Notes under the pieces: model-generated
Database searches by the model: none
What the model saw: the letters and a program-made list of their open reading frames with translations, nothing else
Told to the model about the DNA's origin: nothing
Position numbers and translations under genes: made by a program
From: Bacteroidota bacterium
Lineage (GTDB): Bacteria; Bacteroidota; Bacteroidia; Bacteroidales; JAAUTT01
Assembly (NCBI GenBank): GCA_023429135.1
Contig: JAEYWD010000115.1
Location: 74,471-138,470 of the forward strand
DNA length: 64,000 nt
Direction: 5' to 3'
Shown here: positions 1 through 10,719 of the stretch, piece after piece
Numbering within the stretch: the first letter of the stretch is position 1
Layout of the letters: every line of letters begins with the position of its first letter

Positions 1-1226
1 ATATTACTGAACGTAAAATCATGGAGAGTGAGCTGAAAAATGCAAAGCTTAAGGCCGAAGAATCCGACAGATTAAAATCTGCCTTTCTGGCTAATATGAG
101 CCATGAAATTAGAACACCCCTCAATGGAATTCTTGGCTTTTCGGAATTGCTCAAACACAAGAATCTCAACGCGGAAAAACGCCAGTTTTATATCGATATA
201 ATTTGCTCTAACGGGAAACAACTTCTGAATGTTATTTCGGATATTATTGATATTTCCAGAATCGAGTCGGGGCAGATTACCATTGATAAGAGCAGCTTTT
301 GTCCTGAAACACTACTCAACGACCTGCACGAACACCTTAAGACCGAACTTAAAGCTAAGGGTAAACCTAAAATTGAGACCAGGCAATTACCTGATGTGCG
401 ACTCAGAAATGCTTCCATTGTAGCAGATGAAATTCATTTGAAACAAATTCTCGTGCATTTGATTTCCAATGCCGTTAAGTTTACCAATTCAGGTCAAATT
501 TGTCTGGGGTACGAAATCCGGGAAGATAACATTGAATTCTTTGTTACGGATACCGGAATTGGCATTCAGGCCGATTGTCACAAGCTTATATTTGAGCGTT
601 TCCGGCAGGCAAATGAGAGTGCATCCAGAGAACACGGCGGTACCGGTCTGGGTCTGGCTATTTGTAAAAATCTTGTTGAACTCATGGGAGGAAAAATTTG
701 GGTTATATCGTTCGAAGGTAAAGGATCGGAATTCAGGTTTTCATTACCTTTTGTAACTTCAGTTCAAGTGGAAAACAAACCTGTTGAGACCAAAGGATTT
801 GAATATTCATGGCCAGGGAAAAAAATTCTGATTGTGGAGGATGATAATGCTAGTATGGAACTGCTAAACGAGTCTCTTGCCGAAACTTATGCCATTATTT
901 ATAAAGCCGATGATGGAGAAAAGGCTTTGCTCATGCACAAAAACATTCAGCCTGATATTATTCTTATGGATATCAGGATGCCTAACTTAAACGGTCTTGA
1001 TGCTATACAGATAATAAGGAAGACCGACCCTGCTGTCCCTATCATAGCTATTACCGCAAATGCCTTCGTTGAAGACAAAATAAGCTGCAAAGCTGCCGGG
1101 GCCGACGACTATATTTCAAAGCCGGTGGATCAATCTATTTTGCTTTCAAAAATGGAAAAGTTTTTAGGGCAACCGCTTGAAACCTTCGCCAACATTGCAG
1201 GAGAAGAAGTTGTAAAAAAACAATAA
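1..1226 (+). CDS. Hybrid sensor histidine kinase / response regulator, 5' end outside window
   Basis: The listed ORF 21..1226 stays open to base 1; upstream in-frame codons read ITERKI, a typical PAS-domain end. HisKA H-box SHEIRTPLNGILGF. HATPase_c boxes DTGIGI and [12 protein letters not shown]-terminal receiver motifs ILIVEDD, DIRMPNLNG, ITANA. Confidence 0.9.
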   Translation, partial: ITERKIMESELKNAKLKAEESDRLKSAFLANMSHEIRTPLNGILGFSELLKHKNLNAEKRQFYIDIICSNGKQLLNVISDIIDISRIESGQITIDKSSFCPETLLNDLHEHLKTELKAKGKPKIETRQLPDVRLRNASIVADEIHLKQILVHLISNAVKFTNSGQICLGYEIREDNIEFFVTDTGIGIQADCHKLIFERFRQANESASREHGGTGLGLAICKNLVELMGGKIWVISFEGKGSEFRFSLPFVTSVQVENKPVETKGFEYSWPGKKILIVEDDNASMELLNESLAETYAIIYKADDGEKALLMHKNIQPDIILMDIRMPNLNGLDAIQIIRKTDPAVPIIAITANAFVEDKISCKAAGADDYISKPVDQSILLSKMEKFLGQPLETFANIAGEEVVKKQ

Positions 1227-1298
1227 AATTATTTGATGCCCGGTTAAACCTTTTGCCGGAGAAATTATCAAAGAGCTATAAACAAAAAAACAATAGCC

Positions 1299-1622
1299 AT
1301 GAAAAAGATAATTTTGACAGCAGCAATCATGATAGCCATGAGTTTTTCGGTAAAGTCCATTGCTCAAACCGCAACTCCGGGGGTAACTAAAAAGCAGATA
1401 AGTCAGGAAGCCCGCATTCAGGAAGGTAAACAAAGCGGAGAGTTAACGCGTCGCGAAAAACGAAATTTGCAATTGCAACAAGCAGAAATTCAGCACGACA
1501 AAAAAGTTGCTAAAGCTGATGGCGTAGTTACTCCCGCTGAGCGCCGGCATTTAAGAAAGGAACAGCGCAGGGCAAGTGCAAATATTTACCATCAGAAGCA
1601 CGACTCGCAAACTCGGAATTAA
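1299..1622 (+). CDS. Small secreted basic protein, function unknown
   Basis: 107 aa with a signal peptide (MKKIILTAAIMIAMSFSVKSIAQ) and a K/R/Q/E-rich mature part. A clean terminator follows. No family recognised. Confidence 0.6.
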   Translation: MKKIILTAAIMIAMSFSVKSIAQTATPGVTKKQISQEARIQEGKQSGELTRREKRNLQLQQAEIQHDKKVAKADGVVTPAERRHLRKEQRRASANIYHQKHDSQTRN

Positions 1623-1637
1623 TAATATAAAAGAAAA

Positions 1638-1661
1638 AGCCGGATCCAGCCGGCTTTTTTT
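1638..1661. terminator. Bidirectional rho-independent terminator between convergent genes
   Basis: Stem AGCCGG (1638-1643) pairs with CCGGCT (1650-1655) around a 6-nt loop. An A-run lies upstream and a T-run (1655-1661) downstream. Confidence 0.7.
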
Positions 1662-1679
1662 ATCGCATTAAGATCAAAT

Positions 1680-2414
1680 TTACAGCACTTTCATTTTACC
1701 GGCCCAGACAATTGCATAAACCAGATGCTGCATTACAAGAGGTTCCAGGTAATTGTCGTCACGGTGACCAACTCCGGTGTAGAAAGCGCGTCCACCATCA
1801 AATTCATGATACCATATAAAAGGGTGTTTTTCGCCGTTGGCTCCACCTTCGTAAGTGCTTTCGTCCAGGTAAGCAAGCACTTTAACATCGGGATTCATAT
1901 CCTTAAAATTGTACCATTCGTCGGTGCGTTCCCACTTCTCAGGAAGAAAAGAGGTAGCCTGGTGACTTTTGTCCACTACATTGATTACAGCTTTTTGCTG
2001 TTTGGGATGAGAAAGAAAATACGCTCCAACAAGTTTGTTGTACCAGGGCCAGCCATATTCGGTATCGCTGGCGGCATGAATTCCAACAAATCCGCCACCA
2101 GCCTTAATGTAGTCCTCAAACGCTTTTTGCTGACCTTCGTCCAGAATATCTCCACTGGTGTTCAGGAAAATAACACACCGGTATTTCTTAAGATTGGCGG
2201 CAGTAAAGGCTAATGCATTTCGGGTAGTATCGGCTATAATACTTTTTTTACCCAAAGCAATAGTAAGAAGTGGCATCGCTTTTTCAATGGATTCGTGATG
2301 GAATCCTGCAGTTTTTGCAAATATCAGAACTCTTTTTGGCTGACTGAATGCGTAGAACGGAATGGCTAGCACCAGAATAGCTATGGCAAGTTTTTGTGTA
2401 AGGTTTTTTTGCAT
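1680..2414 (-). CDS. ThuA-domain (trehalose-utilisation-like) secreted protein
   Basis: ThuA-like motifs KTAGFHHESI, GGGFVGIHAASDT and WYHEFDGGRAFYTGVGH. I chose the internal ATG at 2412-2414 (MQKNLTQKLAIAILVLAIPFYAFSQ, a signal peptide) over the longer ORF start at 2471. Confidence 0.8.
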   Translation of the reverse strand: MQKNLTQKLAIAILVLAIPFYAFSQPKRVLIFAKTAGFHHESIEKAMPLLTIALGKKSIIADTTRNALAFTAANLKKYRCVIFLNTSGDILDEGQQKAFEDYIKAGGGFVGIHAASDTEYGWPWYNKLVGAYFLSHPKQQKAVINVVDKSHQATSFLPEKWERTDEWYNFKDMNPDVKVLAYLDESTYEGGANGEKHPFIWYHEFDGGRAFYTGVGHRDDNYLEPLVMQHLVYAIVWAGKMKVL

Positions 2415-2565
2415 GGCAGTTGTTTTAAATATTATCAAATTTAATGTTTTGTCGCGATTTCGGAAAGACATCTGTTTCGAATTTCAATAGTAGGAGAAAA
2501 TTTGAGATTCGTCGAGATTTTTTCTTAAACAGTCTTAAATAATCCTTCAACATTTTACGGTTTAC

Positions 2566-2573
2566 TATCTTTG
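2566..2573 (+). promoter_or_regulatory. Candidate Bacteroidota -7 promoter box (TAnnTTTG)
   Basis: TATCTTTG lies 22 nt upstream of the lytS-like ATG at 2595 and matches the Bacteroidota housekeeping -7 consensus TAnnTTTG. Confidence 0.4.
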
Positions 2574-2594
2574 ATAAGTTTAAACCATAAGTAA

Positions 2595-3800
2595 ATGGCT
2601 TTAATTCTTGATAAAATCAGGGCAAGTGTCAATTACAGAAAAGTTTTCAGCCGTTCACTGCTGATTGTTATTCTCCATCTGGCAGCCTGGGGGATTTTTA
2701 TTTTCTATCCTTTCATTTTTTTTCAGATAAGGGTGCTCGATCCTGAATTTTATTACAAACAGATTATTAATGCTGCATTTCTTGCCGGAGTTTTTTATTT
2801 CAGCTCATATTACCTGTTTCCACGATTGATAAAAAAGGTGAAACTACTGTTTCATGTTGTTCTGCTTTTAGGATTAATTGCTTTTATTCCTCTCCAGCAG
2901 TATTTGCTGGAGTATTATTTTTTTCGTCGTGTCGAGAACCATTTACAGATAATTTCGCCGCTTTCGAAAGTGAAAATTGCTGAATTTCGCTCCGTCACAG
3001 CCCGAAAGGAGTTGCGTGTGATTATTCGGAAAGACAGTGCTGCTGTTACCGACCGGTTCTTTCATCTTCCTTTACCTGCGCACAGGTTGTTTTTTAACGA
3101 AACCCTCCAAACGTCCTTTTCTTCGGTATTGTTCGTGCTTTTGGTTAGTGGTTTTGTAAGCGTAGCCGGAGAACTGTTTCGTACCGAGAAAAAGCGAAAG
3201 GAACTGGAAAATCAAAGATTAAATGCTGAGCTGGCCTTCCTGAAATCGCAGGTGAATCCTCATTTCTTTTTCAATACCTTAAATACAATATATCTTTTGG
3301 CGCATAAAAAATCGGACCAAACGGAACATGTTGTGGTTAAGCTCTCGGAAATTATGCGTTATATGATTTACGACTCGAATGCCGCAGAGGTAAGTCTTTC
3401 GCGGGAATTGAACTATCTTAAGGATTATATCGATTTACAACGATTGCGTCTGTCTAAAAAAGTTGATGTTCAGTTTCTGGTAAGCGGAAACGCCGATGGA
3501 CTTCTTATTGCTCCCATGATGCTGATTCCTTTTGTGGAAAACGTGTTTAAGCATGGAGTAAGTTATGCTGGCGAAACTTTTATTCACATAGAGATTGCTA
3601 TTGAAAATAATTCGCTCTCTTTTTCAACCCGAAACAGGATTTTTGCACGGAAAGATGAGCCAGAGCAATCGTCGGGTGTTGGTTTGGTTAATGTTCAAAA
3701 GCGGTTGCTGTTGCTCTATCCTGATCGCCATAACCTGATCATCAAAACTGATAATGATGAATTTGCCGTTAACCTGAAAATAGACCTTAACCATGATTAG
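2595..3800 (+). CDS. LytS/YehU-type sensor histidine kinase
   Basis: Multi-pass hydrophobic N-terminus, then the His_kinase (PF06580-type) motif NPHFFFNTLNTI and a HATPase region (PFVENVFKHGV, SGVGLVNVQKRL). It overlaps the downstream LytTR regulator by 8 nt. Confidence 0.9.
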   Translation: MALILDKIRASVNYRKVFSRSLLIVILHLAAWGIFIFYPFIFFQIRVLDPEFYYKQIINAAFLAGVFYFSSYYLFPRLIKKVKLLFHVVLLLGLIAFIPLQQYLLEYYFFRRVENHLQIISPLSKVKIAEFRSVTARKELRVIIRKDSAAVTDRFFHLPLPAHRLFFNETLQTSFSSVLFVLLVSGFVSVAGELFRTEKKRKELENQRLNAELAFLKSQVNPHFFFNTLNTIYLLAHKKSDQTEHVVVKLSEIMRYMIYDSNAAEVSLSRELNYLKDYIDLQRLRLSKKVDVQFLVSGNADGLLIAPMMLIPFVENVFKHGVSYAGETFIHIEIAIENNSLSFSTRNRIFARKDEPEQSSGVGLVNVQKRLLLLYPDRHNLIIKTDNDEFAVNLKIDLNHD

Positions 3801-4509
3801 GTGCATTGTTGTCGACGATGAGCCTCTGGCCATTGAACTGCTCGAGGACTTTATCCGCAAAGTTCCCTTTCTTCAGCTTACTCATACATGCGAAAGCGCT
3901 CTGGAAGCTCTCGAAATTCTTAAGAAGGGAAATGTCGATCTTATGTTTCTTGATATCAAAATGCCCGATATTAACGGCCTCGACTTGCTTAAAAGTCTCA
4001 AACGTCCGCCTGTGGTAATTTTTACTACTGCTTACAGCGAGTATGCCGTGGAAAGTTACAATCTGGACGCTGTGGATTATTTGCTGAAACCCATTCCGTT
4101 CGACCGGTTTCTTCGTGCGGTGAATAAAGCCCGGGAGTATATCGAAGAAATTCATATGGAACCTCCATCTGAACCCTTAGTCGAAAAAGCTGAAAAGGAG
4201 TACATATTTGTGAAAGCAAATTATCAGATTCTGAAAATAAACTTCCGTGATATTCTATATCTGGAAGGTTTGAAGGATTATGTGAAGATATATTGTGGGT
4301 CAAAACCAGTGATTACCAATCAGAGCATGAAATATTTCGAGGAAAAACTTCCCTCGAAAATATTTGTTCGTGTTCACCGGTCGTTCATTGTATCGATGGA
4401 AAAAATAACTTCCATAACCAAAAATCGCATTGTAATCGGCGACAAGTACATTCCTGTGAGCGGTAGCTTTAAAGATGCATTTTTTCAATTAATCGACAAA
4501 AATCTTTAA
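3793..4509 (+). CDS. LytTR-family response regulator
   Basis: Receiver motifs IVVDDEPLA, FLDIKMPDINGL, FTTAY and LLKP, followed by a C-terminal LytTR DNA-binding domain (YLEGLKDYVKIY, VRVHRSFIV). Confidence 0.92.
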   Translation: MIRCIVVDDEPLAIELLEDFIRKVPFLQLTHTCESALEALEILKKGNVDLMFLDIKMPDINGLDLLKSLKRPPVVIFTTAYSEYAVESYNLDAVDYLLKPIPFDRFLRAVNKAREYIEEIHMEPPSEPLVEKAEKEYIFVKANYQILKINFRDILYLEGLKDYVKIYCGSKPVITNQSMKYFEEKLPSKIFVRVHRSFIVSMEKITSITKNRIVIGDKYIPVSGSFKDAFFQLIDKNL

Positions 4510-4604
4510 ACCGTCGAGATCCTTTTTGTCATAATCTAGTTCATTTGCTAATCCTTGCAGGGGCTTCTAATTTTGATCCAGTTAACTCACTTAAAATTAG
4601 AGCC

Positions 4605-5350
4605 ATGTTAAAACAATTTATCTTCAAGGTATTAGTTCTTTTCCTCATTTGTAATACACAGTTTTTAAGAAGTCAGAATCTTGTTGCCACCTACACCGAA
4701 ACGCGCAAGTTCGAAGGTAAAATGCCCGATGACCCAGATCCTAAAATCAGAGAACTTGTAAAGAATGCCGGAACCCATACAAGGAACTTTTATCCAGTGC
4801 TGGAACTTCCATTTATCAGGAAAAGCAGGCCGAAATGGAAGAAGGTCCCGAACACCGCATTGTTATCCGCATCGGTGACGACGATCGCGGGTCAGTTTAC
4901 AAGAATCTTTTACAGAAAAAGTTGATTAGACAGCATGAATTCTTTGGCCGTAACTTCCTTATCAAAGAGGCTTTAAAGCCTATCAACTGGAAACTCGAAA
5001 ACGAACAGAAAACCATTGGCAGTTATAATTGCCGCAAAGCCTCGGCAAGCATCGATACTATGAAGGTTATTGCCTGGTACTGCCCTGATATTGCTATAAA
5101 TGACGGACCTGATATTTTCTGGGGACTGCCCGGATTAATTCTCGAAGTGAATGTTGATAACGGCAAAAAAACAATTGTTGTCAATACGGTCAAAATTACC
5201 AACGAAGCTGTAGCCGTGGCAATTCCCGATAAGGGAAAGGAAGTTACCCAGCAGGAATTTAGTGCTATTAAGAAAGAGAAAATGGAAGAAATGCGAAAAT
5301 CCCATTCGAATGGTTCGCCCGACCGGGTTGAAATACGCGTAGTACATTAA
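4605..5350 (+). pseudogene. GLPGLI-family protein, apparently frameshifted
   Basis: ORF 4545..4925 supplies the signal peptide (MLKQFIFKVLVLFLICNTQFLRSQ). ORF 4835..5350, in another frame, supplies the family body, including the eponymous GLPGLILEV and IGSYNCRKA. The second frame is already family-like from about 4778 (YKELLSSAGTSIYQEK), which places an indel near 4770-4790. Confidence 0.6.
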
Positions 5351-5374
5351 TTCCTGATTTTAATTCCCGAAGCT

Positions 5375-8062
5375 ATGAAAAGCATTTTCAGATTTTTTTA
5401 TATCCTCGTTTTTTTGGGAGCTTTTATACCCAATGTTGTTGCCCAATCGAAAATAAGAGGAAAGATTACCGACTCCATTCAGAATCCGCTTCCTTTTGCC
5501 AATGTACAGGTGTTCGATAAAGACGATAATGTGGTGAGCTATGCCATAGCCAACGACAAAGGCGAATACTCTCTTGATATTGAAAGGGTCGGGGAATACA
5601 GGGTTAAAGCTGGTTGTCTTGGTATGTTTCCAAAGGAGCAGAATGTCTCGGTAGGTTCACTGGTGATACAGCTCGACTTTGTTTTAACAGCCAATCCCGA
5701 ACTGCTTAAGGAAGTGGTTGTATCGAGGGATGTTGCTGCGCGTGTCCGCTCCGATACTGTGACTTATAATGTTGGCAAGTATTTAACCGGCGACGAAAAA
5801 GTGCTGAAGGATGTGCTTAACAAACTTCCGGGTATTGAGGTGAAGGAGGATGGGAAGGTTAAAGCTTATGGCAAGGATGTGGATAAAATCCTGGTAGAGG
5901 GCGACGATTTCTTTTTCGATCAGCAGAAGATGGCAACTGAAAATCTATCGGCAGAGGCTGTGGATCAGGTACAGGTACTCAATAATTATCAGGCAAACAG
6001 CTTGCAGAAGGATTTTAGTCAGGGTGGCCAAACTGCTTTGAATATTAATGTTAAGGAAGAGTTTCGCAATAAACTAAGCGGGAATTTATCTGCTGGCGGA
6101 GGTTATAAGGACCGGTATTCCGCGAATGCCAATCTGTATCAGTTTGGGAAAAAGTTAAAGGCCAGTTTTATTGCCAATACTAATAATACCGGCGAAGAAA
6201 CTTTCTCGATGCAGGATTACATGAGTTTTGGCAGTGGTGTTCAGCAACTCATGGAGAATAGCGATAATTCAAGCGGAATGATCCAGATTAATCCAAGCGA
6301 TTTTTCTTCGGGTATCTCCGGGGGAAATGATGCTAACCGCAAAAAGGTTGCTTTGGGCGCGCTTAACCTGAATTATAAACCATCTGAAAAGTTTAAGATT
6401 AGCAATAGTCTTATTTTGAGTGCAACCAATCGGTCAGAGTTTGAAAGTATTTACCGTACTTTTCTTAAGGGCAATCTCAATCCCCTGCGTACCACCCTGA
6501 ATGCAAGCAGAGAACTATTTCTGGGAAATATTAACCTGAGCGCCAATTACAAGCCGCGATCCAATATGTATTTTAACTATCGGGCTAACGGCGGGCTGAA
6601 CAATGTCGACAGCAAAACCGGTATTGATAACGAGGGCGCAAGAAATTTCTTTCTGAAAGAAAATCAGGATGTGCAAACTCTCAAAGTAAGCCAATATCTG
6701 GATTATTCATGGAAGCCTTCGTCCAGGTCACTTGTCAATGCAGGCTTTTTTCATGAATATCGCAACAAGTCGGTAAATGAGTTTTTAATTTCCGATTCCT
6801 TGTTTCTGGGATTAAATCTGAAGACTACTCCATACCAGGTAACCCAGGATTTGGCGTCAGCAAGGCAGCAGTATGGGTTTAATGCATCCTTATCCTACAA
6901 GCTGGGAAAACTAATTCTTAAAAATATCAGTGGAATTACGTGGGTAAATCAGCCATTTAATTCCAGTCTCTCGCAATTGGCTACAGATAATGGTTTGGGT
7001 TATGATGATTTTACGAACGATCTTTCCTATAAAATTCGCGATTACAGAACAGCTTTTTATCTCACCAAAAACAGAGGCCTGATACAGTTTAATCTGGGTC
7101 CGTCACTTCATTATTATCAAGCGAATACGAATTTCGGTGGCGATCTAAATAAACTGCTCGTTACTCCCGACCTGAGATTCAGTTTGAAGTTTACGGATAC
7201 CCACAGTCTGAATTTTTCTTTCAACCAGCGCATGGTTTTACCAGCTCCCGAAGAATTGCTGATGAACCAGTATGTGAAAAATTACCGGACCATTGCAACC
7301 GGTGGACTCAGCCCCGAAAATTATTCCACATACAATCAGTTCAACGGGCATTACATGATTTTCGATGCTTTTTCGAATACCATGTTTTCCATTGCCGGTT
7401 TTTATATGAAGAAAGCAAATCCAGTGTCGGTAGTTTCAGGCCTGGGAGCCGATTACAATGTGCAGCGCTCGGTTCAGGTCCCGTTTGAAGAGTCGTATGG
7501 CGGCATGATTTATTTTGACAAGAGATTGCGGAAAGCACCATTGTCGGTTCGTCTTAACTCTAATTATAACAAGAGCTTTGGCTATAATTACCTGCAGGAA
7601 GTTTTAAATGGTATAGAACAACAGAATATAGGTTCATCGGGAAGCATAACAACCAGGTTTAATTTCCTTCTGAACATGGAGACCGGAGTTGCTGCCTCTT
7701 TTTCACAAAGCAGAAGTTCATTGTTGAATAAGACAAATAATTTCGAAAGTTATCAGCCTTATTTAAAACTGTTGCTTTATCATAAAGCTGGTTTTTCCGG
7801 ATTTGTAAGCTATTCAAACCTTAGCTATCAGTCGGGGGGGCAGGATAAAAGTTACAAAGTATTAAGCTCTACGCTCCGCTACAACTGGGAGAAAAAGAAT
7901 CTTGAGTTTTCTGTTTCTGTTTCGAATTTGCTCAATATCGACAGTTATTATGGTGTAGACACGCAAATCAGAGAAAACTTCTATCAGGAGCGGCAGTACA
8001 GTATTTTACCCGGTTATGCTTTGTTCAGGATAAAATATACGTTGAAAGGATTAAGTTATTAA
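5375..8062 (+). CDS. Outer-membrane beta-barrel / TonB-dependent-receptor-like protein with CarboxypepD_reg domain
   Basis: 895 aa with a signal peptide. The N-terminal carboxypeptidase-regulatory-like domain reads [23 protein letters not shown], followed by a plug-like segment ([30 protein letters not shown]). The long C-terminus is aromatic-rich and ends in an aromatic residue. It pairs typically with a GLPGLI gene. Confidence 0.8.
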   Translation: MKSIFRFFYILVFLGAFIPNVVAQSKIRGKITDSIQNPLPFANVQVFDKDDNVVSYAIANDKGEYSLDIERVGEYRVKAGCLGMFPKEQNVSVGSLVIQLDFVLTANPELLKEVVVSRDVAARVRSDTVTYNVGKYLTGDEKVLKDVLNKLPGIEVKEDGKVKAYGKDVDKILVEGDDFFFDQQKMATENLSAEAVDQVQVLNNYQANSLQKDFSQGGQTALNINVKEEFRNKLSGNLSAGGGYKDRYSANANLYQFGKKLKASFIANTNNTGEETFSMQDYMSFGSGVQQLMENSDNSSGMIQINPSDFSSGISGGNDANRKKVALGALNLNYKPSEKFKISNSLILSATNRSEFESIYRTFLKGNLNPLRTTLNASRELFLGNINLSANYKPRSNMYFNYRANGGLNNVDSKTGIDNEGARNFFLKENQDVQTLKVSQYLDYSWKPSSRSLVNAGFFHEYRNKSVNEFLISDSLFLGLNLKTTPYQVTQDLASARQQYGFNASLSYKLGKLILKNISGITWVNQPFNSSLSQLATDNGLGYDDFTNDLSYKIRDYRTAFYLTKNRGLIQFNLGPSLHYYQANTNFGGDLNKLLVTPDLRFSLKFTDTHSLNFSFNQRMVLPAPEELLMNQYVKNYRTIATGGLSPENYSTYNQFNGHYMIFDAFSNTMFSIAGFYMKKANPVSVVSGLGADYNVQRSVQVPFEESYGGMIYFDKRLRKAPLSVRLNSNYNKSFGYNYLQEVLNGIEQQNIGSSGSITTRFNFLLNMETGVAASFSQSRSSLLNKTNNFESYQPYLKLLLYHKAGFSGFVSYSNLSYQSGGQDKSYKVLSSTLRYNWEKKNLEFSVSVSNLLNIDSYYGVDTQIRENFYQERQYSILPGYALFRIKYTLKGLSY

Positions 8063-8504
8063 AAAACAAAAAAGAGCTTTTCTCACGAAGAACTCTTTTA
8101 CAACTACTAACTAAAACTAACTACATTTAAACTACATTGCAAAGATAATGCGCAAAACCTTTCTCAATGTTAACTTAATGTTTCCTTTTCTATAATAAAT
8201 TATTATCTCTGCAAACAGAGGCACATTCCTTGTAAACTCAGTAAAACAGAGTTGTTAATTTATAAGTTAAGCGAAAAACCGGTTGTTAATCTGTTGTTAC
8301 CTGAATTGTTTCCAATTGTACCCATTAGGGGCTTATATTTCTACATTACATTGTTTTAGATTCTGAAAGTTTGCCAACCTGTATTTGCCATATACCCAAA
8401 GGTAGGTTTCGATTTCATATTTATTTTAAATCCCAGCATGTTTTTGGTATGACTCCTGAGGAAGATAATAGAGAAAGGTTGAATTATTAAAAAAAAAATT
8501 GATT

Positions 8505-9041
8505 ATGAAAATTCGAAACTTAAAGTATTTTTTTATTGCAGCAGTTGTTTTAGGTTTTGCGGCTTGTAAAGACGACGATGATGATAACGGTGGCCCGGAG
8601 GGGAAAAATAAGGCTGCAATTTCCGATTTTGCTTATTCCAATAATGCTGAAGTAGATATGGGACAACTTGCAAATACCAAAGGTACAAGTACCGGCGTTA
8701 AGGCTTTTGCCCAGATGCTGGTGATGGAACATCAGAAAGCACAAAATGATCTGGATACCATTGCCGACAAAAGAAATATTGATTTGCCAGATGTATTGAA
8801 AACTATGGATAAGGCGACCCGCGACAGTATTAACGGATTAACCGGGGCAAGATTCGACAGCGCTTATATAAAAAGTCAGATCGTTGCCCATACCCGTACC
8901 AAAAATATGTTTACAGCTTTTCGCGATTCGAGTACCGATGCTGGTTTGAAAGCTTATGTCAACAGGTATTTGCCAAAGGTACAATTGCATCTGCAAAAAG
9001 CCGACAGTATTTTTAACGTCATTAAAAATACTCCAAAATAA
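8505..9041 (+). CDS. DUF4142-like lipoprotein
   Basis: Lipobox LGFAAC, plus KAFAQMLVMEHQKAQNDL and a second helical repeat typical of DUF4142. The ATG at 8505 is preferred over the TTG at 8499. Confidence 0.7.
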   Translation: MKIRNLKYFFIAAVVLGFAACKDDDDDNGGPEGKNKAAISDFAYSNNAEVDMGQLANTKGTSTGVKAFAQMLVMEHQKAQNDLDTIADKRNIDLPDVLKTMDKATRDSINGLTGARFDSAYIKSQIVAHTRTKNMFTAFRDSSTDAGLKAYVNRYLPKVQLHLQKADSIFNVIKNTPK

Positions 9042-9107
9042 GGTGTTTTGTGGTTAATTCAGGTTAAGTTAGATGGTTTGGGAGTGAGGTGCGGATTTTT
9101 TCCGGCC

Positions 9108-9680
9108 TCATTCTTTTTTTCCTACCTGGAACTTATAGGCAAGCCCAATGCCGGCAAACCATTTCATGTAATCGTCTATTACAGGATGAAAGAATATAGT
9201 TGGTTCAAGAAGGTCCCTGTCTGATAGTTTTATCTGCTTCGAAACGGAAAAAATCAAACCAAGAGATGTTCCATATTCGGAAGATGTGTAACTGGCTATC
9301 TTATCCGATTCGTTTGCTGTCCATCCAAGATATTGGTTTATTGACATGCCTGCTGAAAAACAGAGCTTCGAGGAATAAAACTTATACGATAGAGGTAATG
9401 AGAGATAATGACGTGTAATTTTAATATTACCTATGTAGCTGTAGTCGTCATAAATGGGGAATGAGTTTTTCTCCGGGTAATAAATTAGACCTGTTTCCAC
9501 TCCATGATGTCCACTGTAAATTCTGTTTAAAGTCAGGTTTAACGAAGGTTCTGTTTTCAAAAAATCATGAAGGCTGAATCGGGCATCCACTTTAATTCCT
9601 ATCATTGTTTTCGATTGTGAATGTGCAAAAAAGACAAAGTATAAAATGCCAACCAGTGTTAATAGACTTTTTTTAAGCAT
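9108..9680 (-). CDS. Small outer-membrane beta-barrel protein (hypothetical)
   Basis: From the internal ATG the protein begins with a signal peptide (MLKKSLLTLVGILYFVFFAHSQ). Alternating aromatic/hydrophobic beta-strand pattern with a C-terminal aromatic (YKFQVGKKE). The longer listed ORF (to 9794) lacks a signal peptide. Confidence 0.55.
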   Translation of the reverse strand: MLKKSLLTLVGILYFVFFAHSQSKTMIGIKVDARFSLHDFLKTEPSLNLTLNRIYSGHHGVETGLIYYPEKNSFPIYDDYSYIGNIKITRHYLSLPLSYKFYSSKLCFSAGMSINQYLGWTANESDKIASYTSSEYGTSLGLIFSVSKQIKLSDRDLLEPTIFFHPVIDDYMKWFAGIGLAYKFQVGKKE

Positions 9681-9790
9681 TTGGAATAATTGAGATGAAT
9701 ATTGGTGTTTTAAATTTTTAAGTTCAATTGTTTTGTCAGCCCCTTCACTAAATTCAACTTCGCTTAGCAAATCTAATACATTTTTTGGGA

Positions 9791-10669
9791 TCATGGCGTA
9801 ATTACCTGTAAAGCATGCTTAATTATTTCGGCATTTACACTTTGTTGTTTCCCAAGCAATTCACCATCCACTTGTAATTCCTGACTTGGACGAACCATAA
9901 TTTTGGCCGATGTGCATTCGTAGGTTGCAATATTGGGTTGGTTGTGGAAGTTTCCTGTAAAGGCAGCAATGGCGTTACGGATTATCCAGTGTCGCTTAGG
10001 CTTCAGTACAATTATTTCGAAACGGCCATCGTCTTTTTTGTGTGTTGGATTTATCACTGCTCCTGAACGATAACTTCCCGAGTTGGCAATTACTACCATT
10101 AATGCCCTGTGAATATAGGTTTTAACCGGTGTTTCAATAATACAGCGGAAGCTCTTCGGAGTTCTTAAAACTCTTATAAAATGTTTAAAGTATCCTCTGA
10201 ATCCTCGTTTCCCTTCCTTTTCAAAACCTTTGATAACTCTGGCGTTCATGCCAAAGTCGCTCAGATGCAGGCTTATATGTGTATCGTTGATTCTTACTGC
10301 ATCCAATGGTTGAGGTTTGCCTGAAAACAGATTTTCTATCGCATCTTCAATTTTCTGTGGTATTCCCAGCTCAAAAGCCAAACCGTTTGCTGATCCTAAA
10401 GGCAAAATTCCCATCGCTGTCTTAAATCCGATAAGTGAGGCTGCAACCAGGTTTACTGTACCATCGCCACCTGCGGCAACTGCAATTCCCGGTTTGTATT
10501 TTTTAAGCAAATTACCAAGGCTATTCTTGTCGGTAGCTTTTTCGAGTTCATGAACATGGAAGGTAACCTGCTTTTTCGACATTACTTTCCTGATAATATC
10601 AGACGGATTTGCTTTATTGTCGGCACCTGAATTGGGATTGACAAAGAACAGTATTTTCACAGGCTTCAT
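9791..10669 (-). CDS. Diacylglycerol-kinase-family lipid kinase (YegS/BmrU type)
   Basis: Motifs ILFFVNPNSG and AAGGDGTVN, plus the PLGSANG catalytic-domain signatures. The ATG at 10667-10669 is preferred over the TTG at 10690. Confidence 0.85.
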   Translation of the reverse strand: MKPVKILFFVNPNSGADNKANPSDIIRKVMSKKQVTFHVHELEKATDKNSLGNLLKKYKPGIAVAAGGDGTVNLVAASLIGFKTAMGILPLGSANGLAFELGIPQKIEDAIENLFSGKPQPLDAVRINDTHISLHLSDFGMNARVIKGFEKEGKRGFRGYFKHFIRVLRTPKSFRCIIETPVKTYIHRALMVVIANSGSYRSGAVINPTHKKDDGRFEIIVLKPKRHWIIRNAIAAFTGNFHNQPNIATYECTSAKIMVRPSQELQVDGELLGKQQSVNAEIIKHALQVITP

Positions 10670-10719
10670 GTCTGAATTTTTTGAACTCAAATTGTTTCAA
10701 TTATGTTAACAAAGGTGAA

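Noticed and set aside
3787-4488. Minus-strand ORFs antisense to the LytTR regulator (3787-4155, 4025-4303, 4300-4488), and similar short antisense ORFs throughout the window.
   Set aside because: They are fully embedded in well-supported genes on the opposite strand and show no recognisable motifs.
7834-7840. G7 homopolymer tracts inside two outer-membrane-related genes (7834-7840 and 46715-46721), and a C8 tract at 45316-45323, considered as possible slipped-strand phase-variation sites.
   Set aside because: The tracts are short and the genes are intact in frame. The C8 tract lies downstream of both convergent genes. Bacteroidota phase variation is typically invertase-driven, and no invertase or inverted-repeat-flanked promoter is seen here.
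9681-9794. Longer N-terminal extensions implied by the ORF track for several genes. Affected starts are 9794, 10690, 10681, 8499, 42437, 46259, 40422, 38007, 25061 and 2471.
   Set aside because: Most of these start at TTG or lie upstream of an ATG that exposes a signal peptide or the conserved family N-terminus. The extensions overlap neighbouring genes or add non-homologous residues, so the internal ATGs were used.
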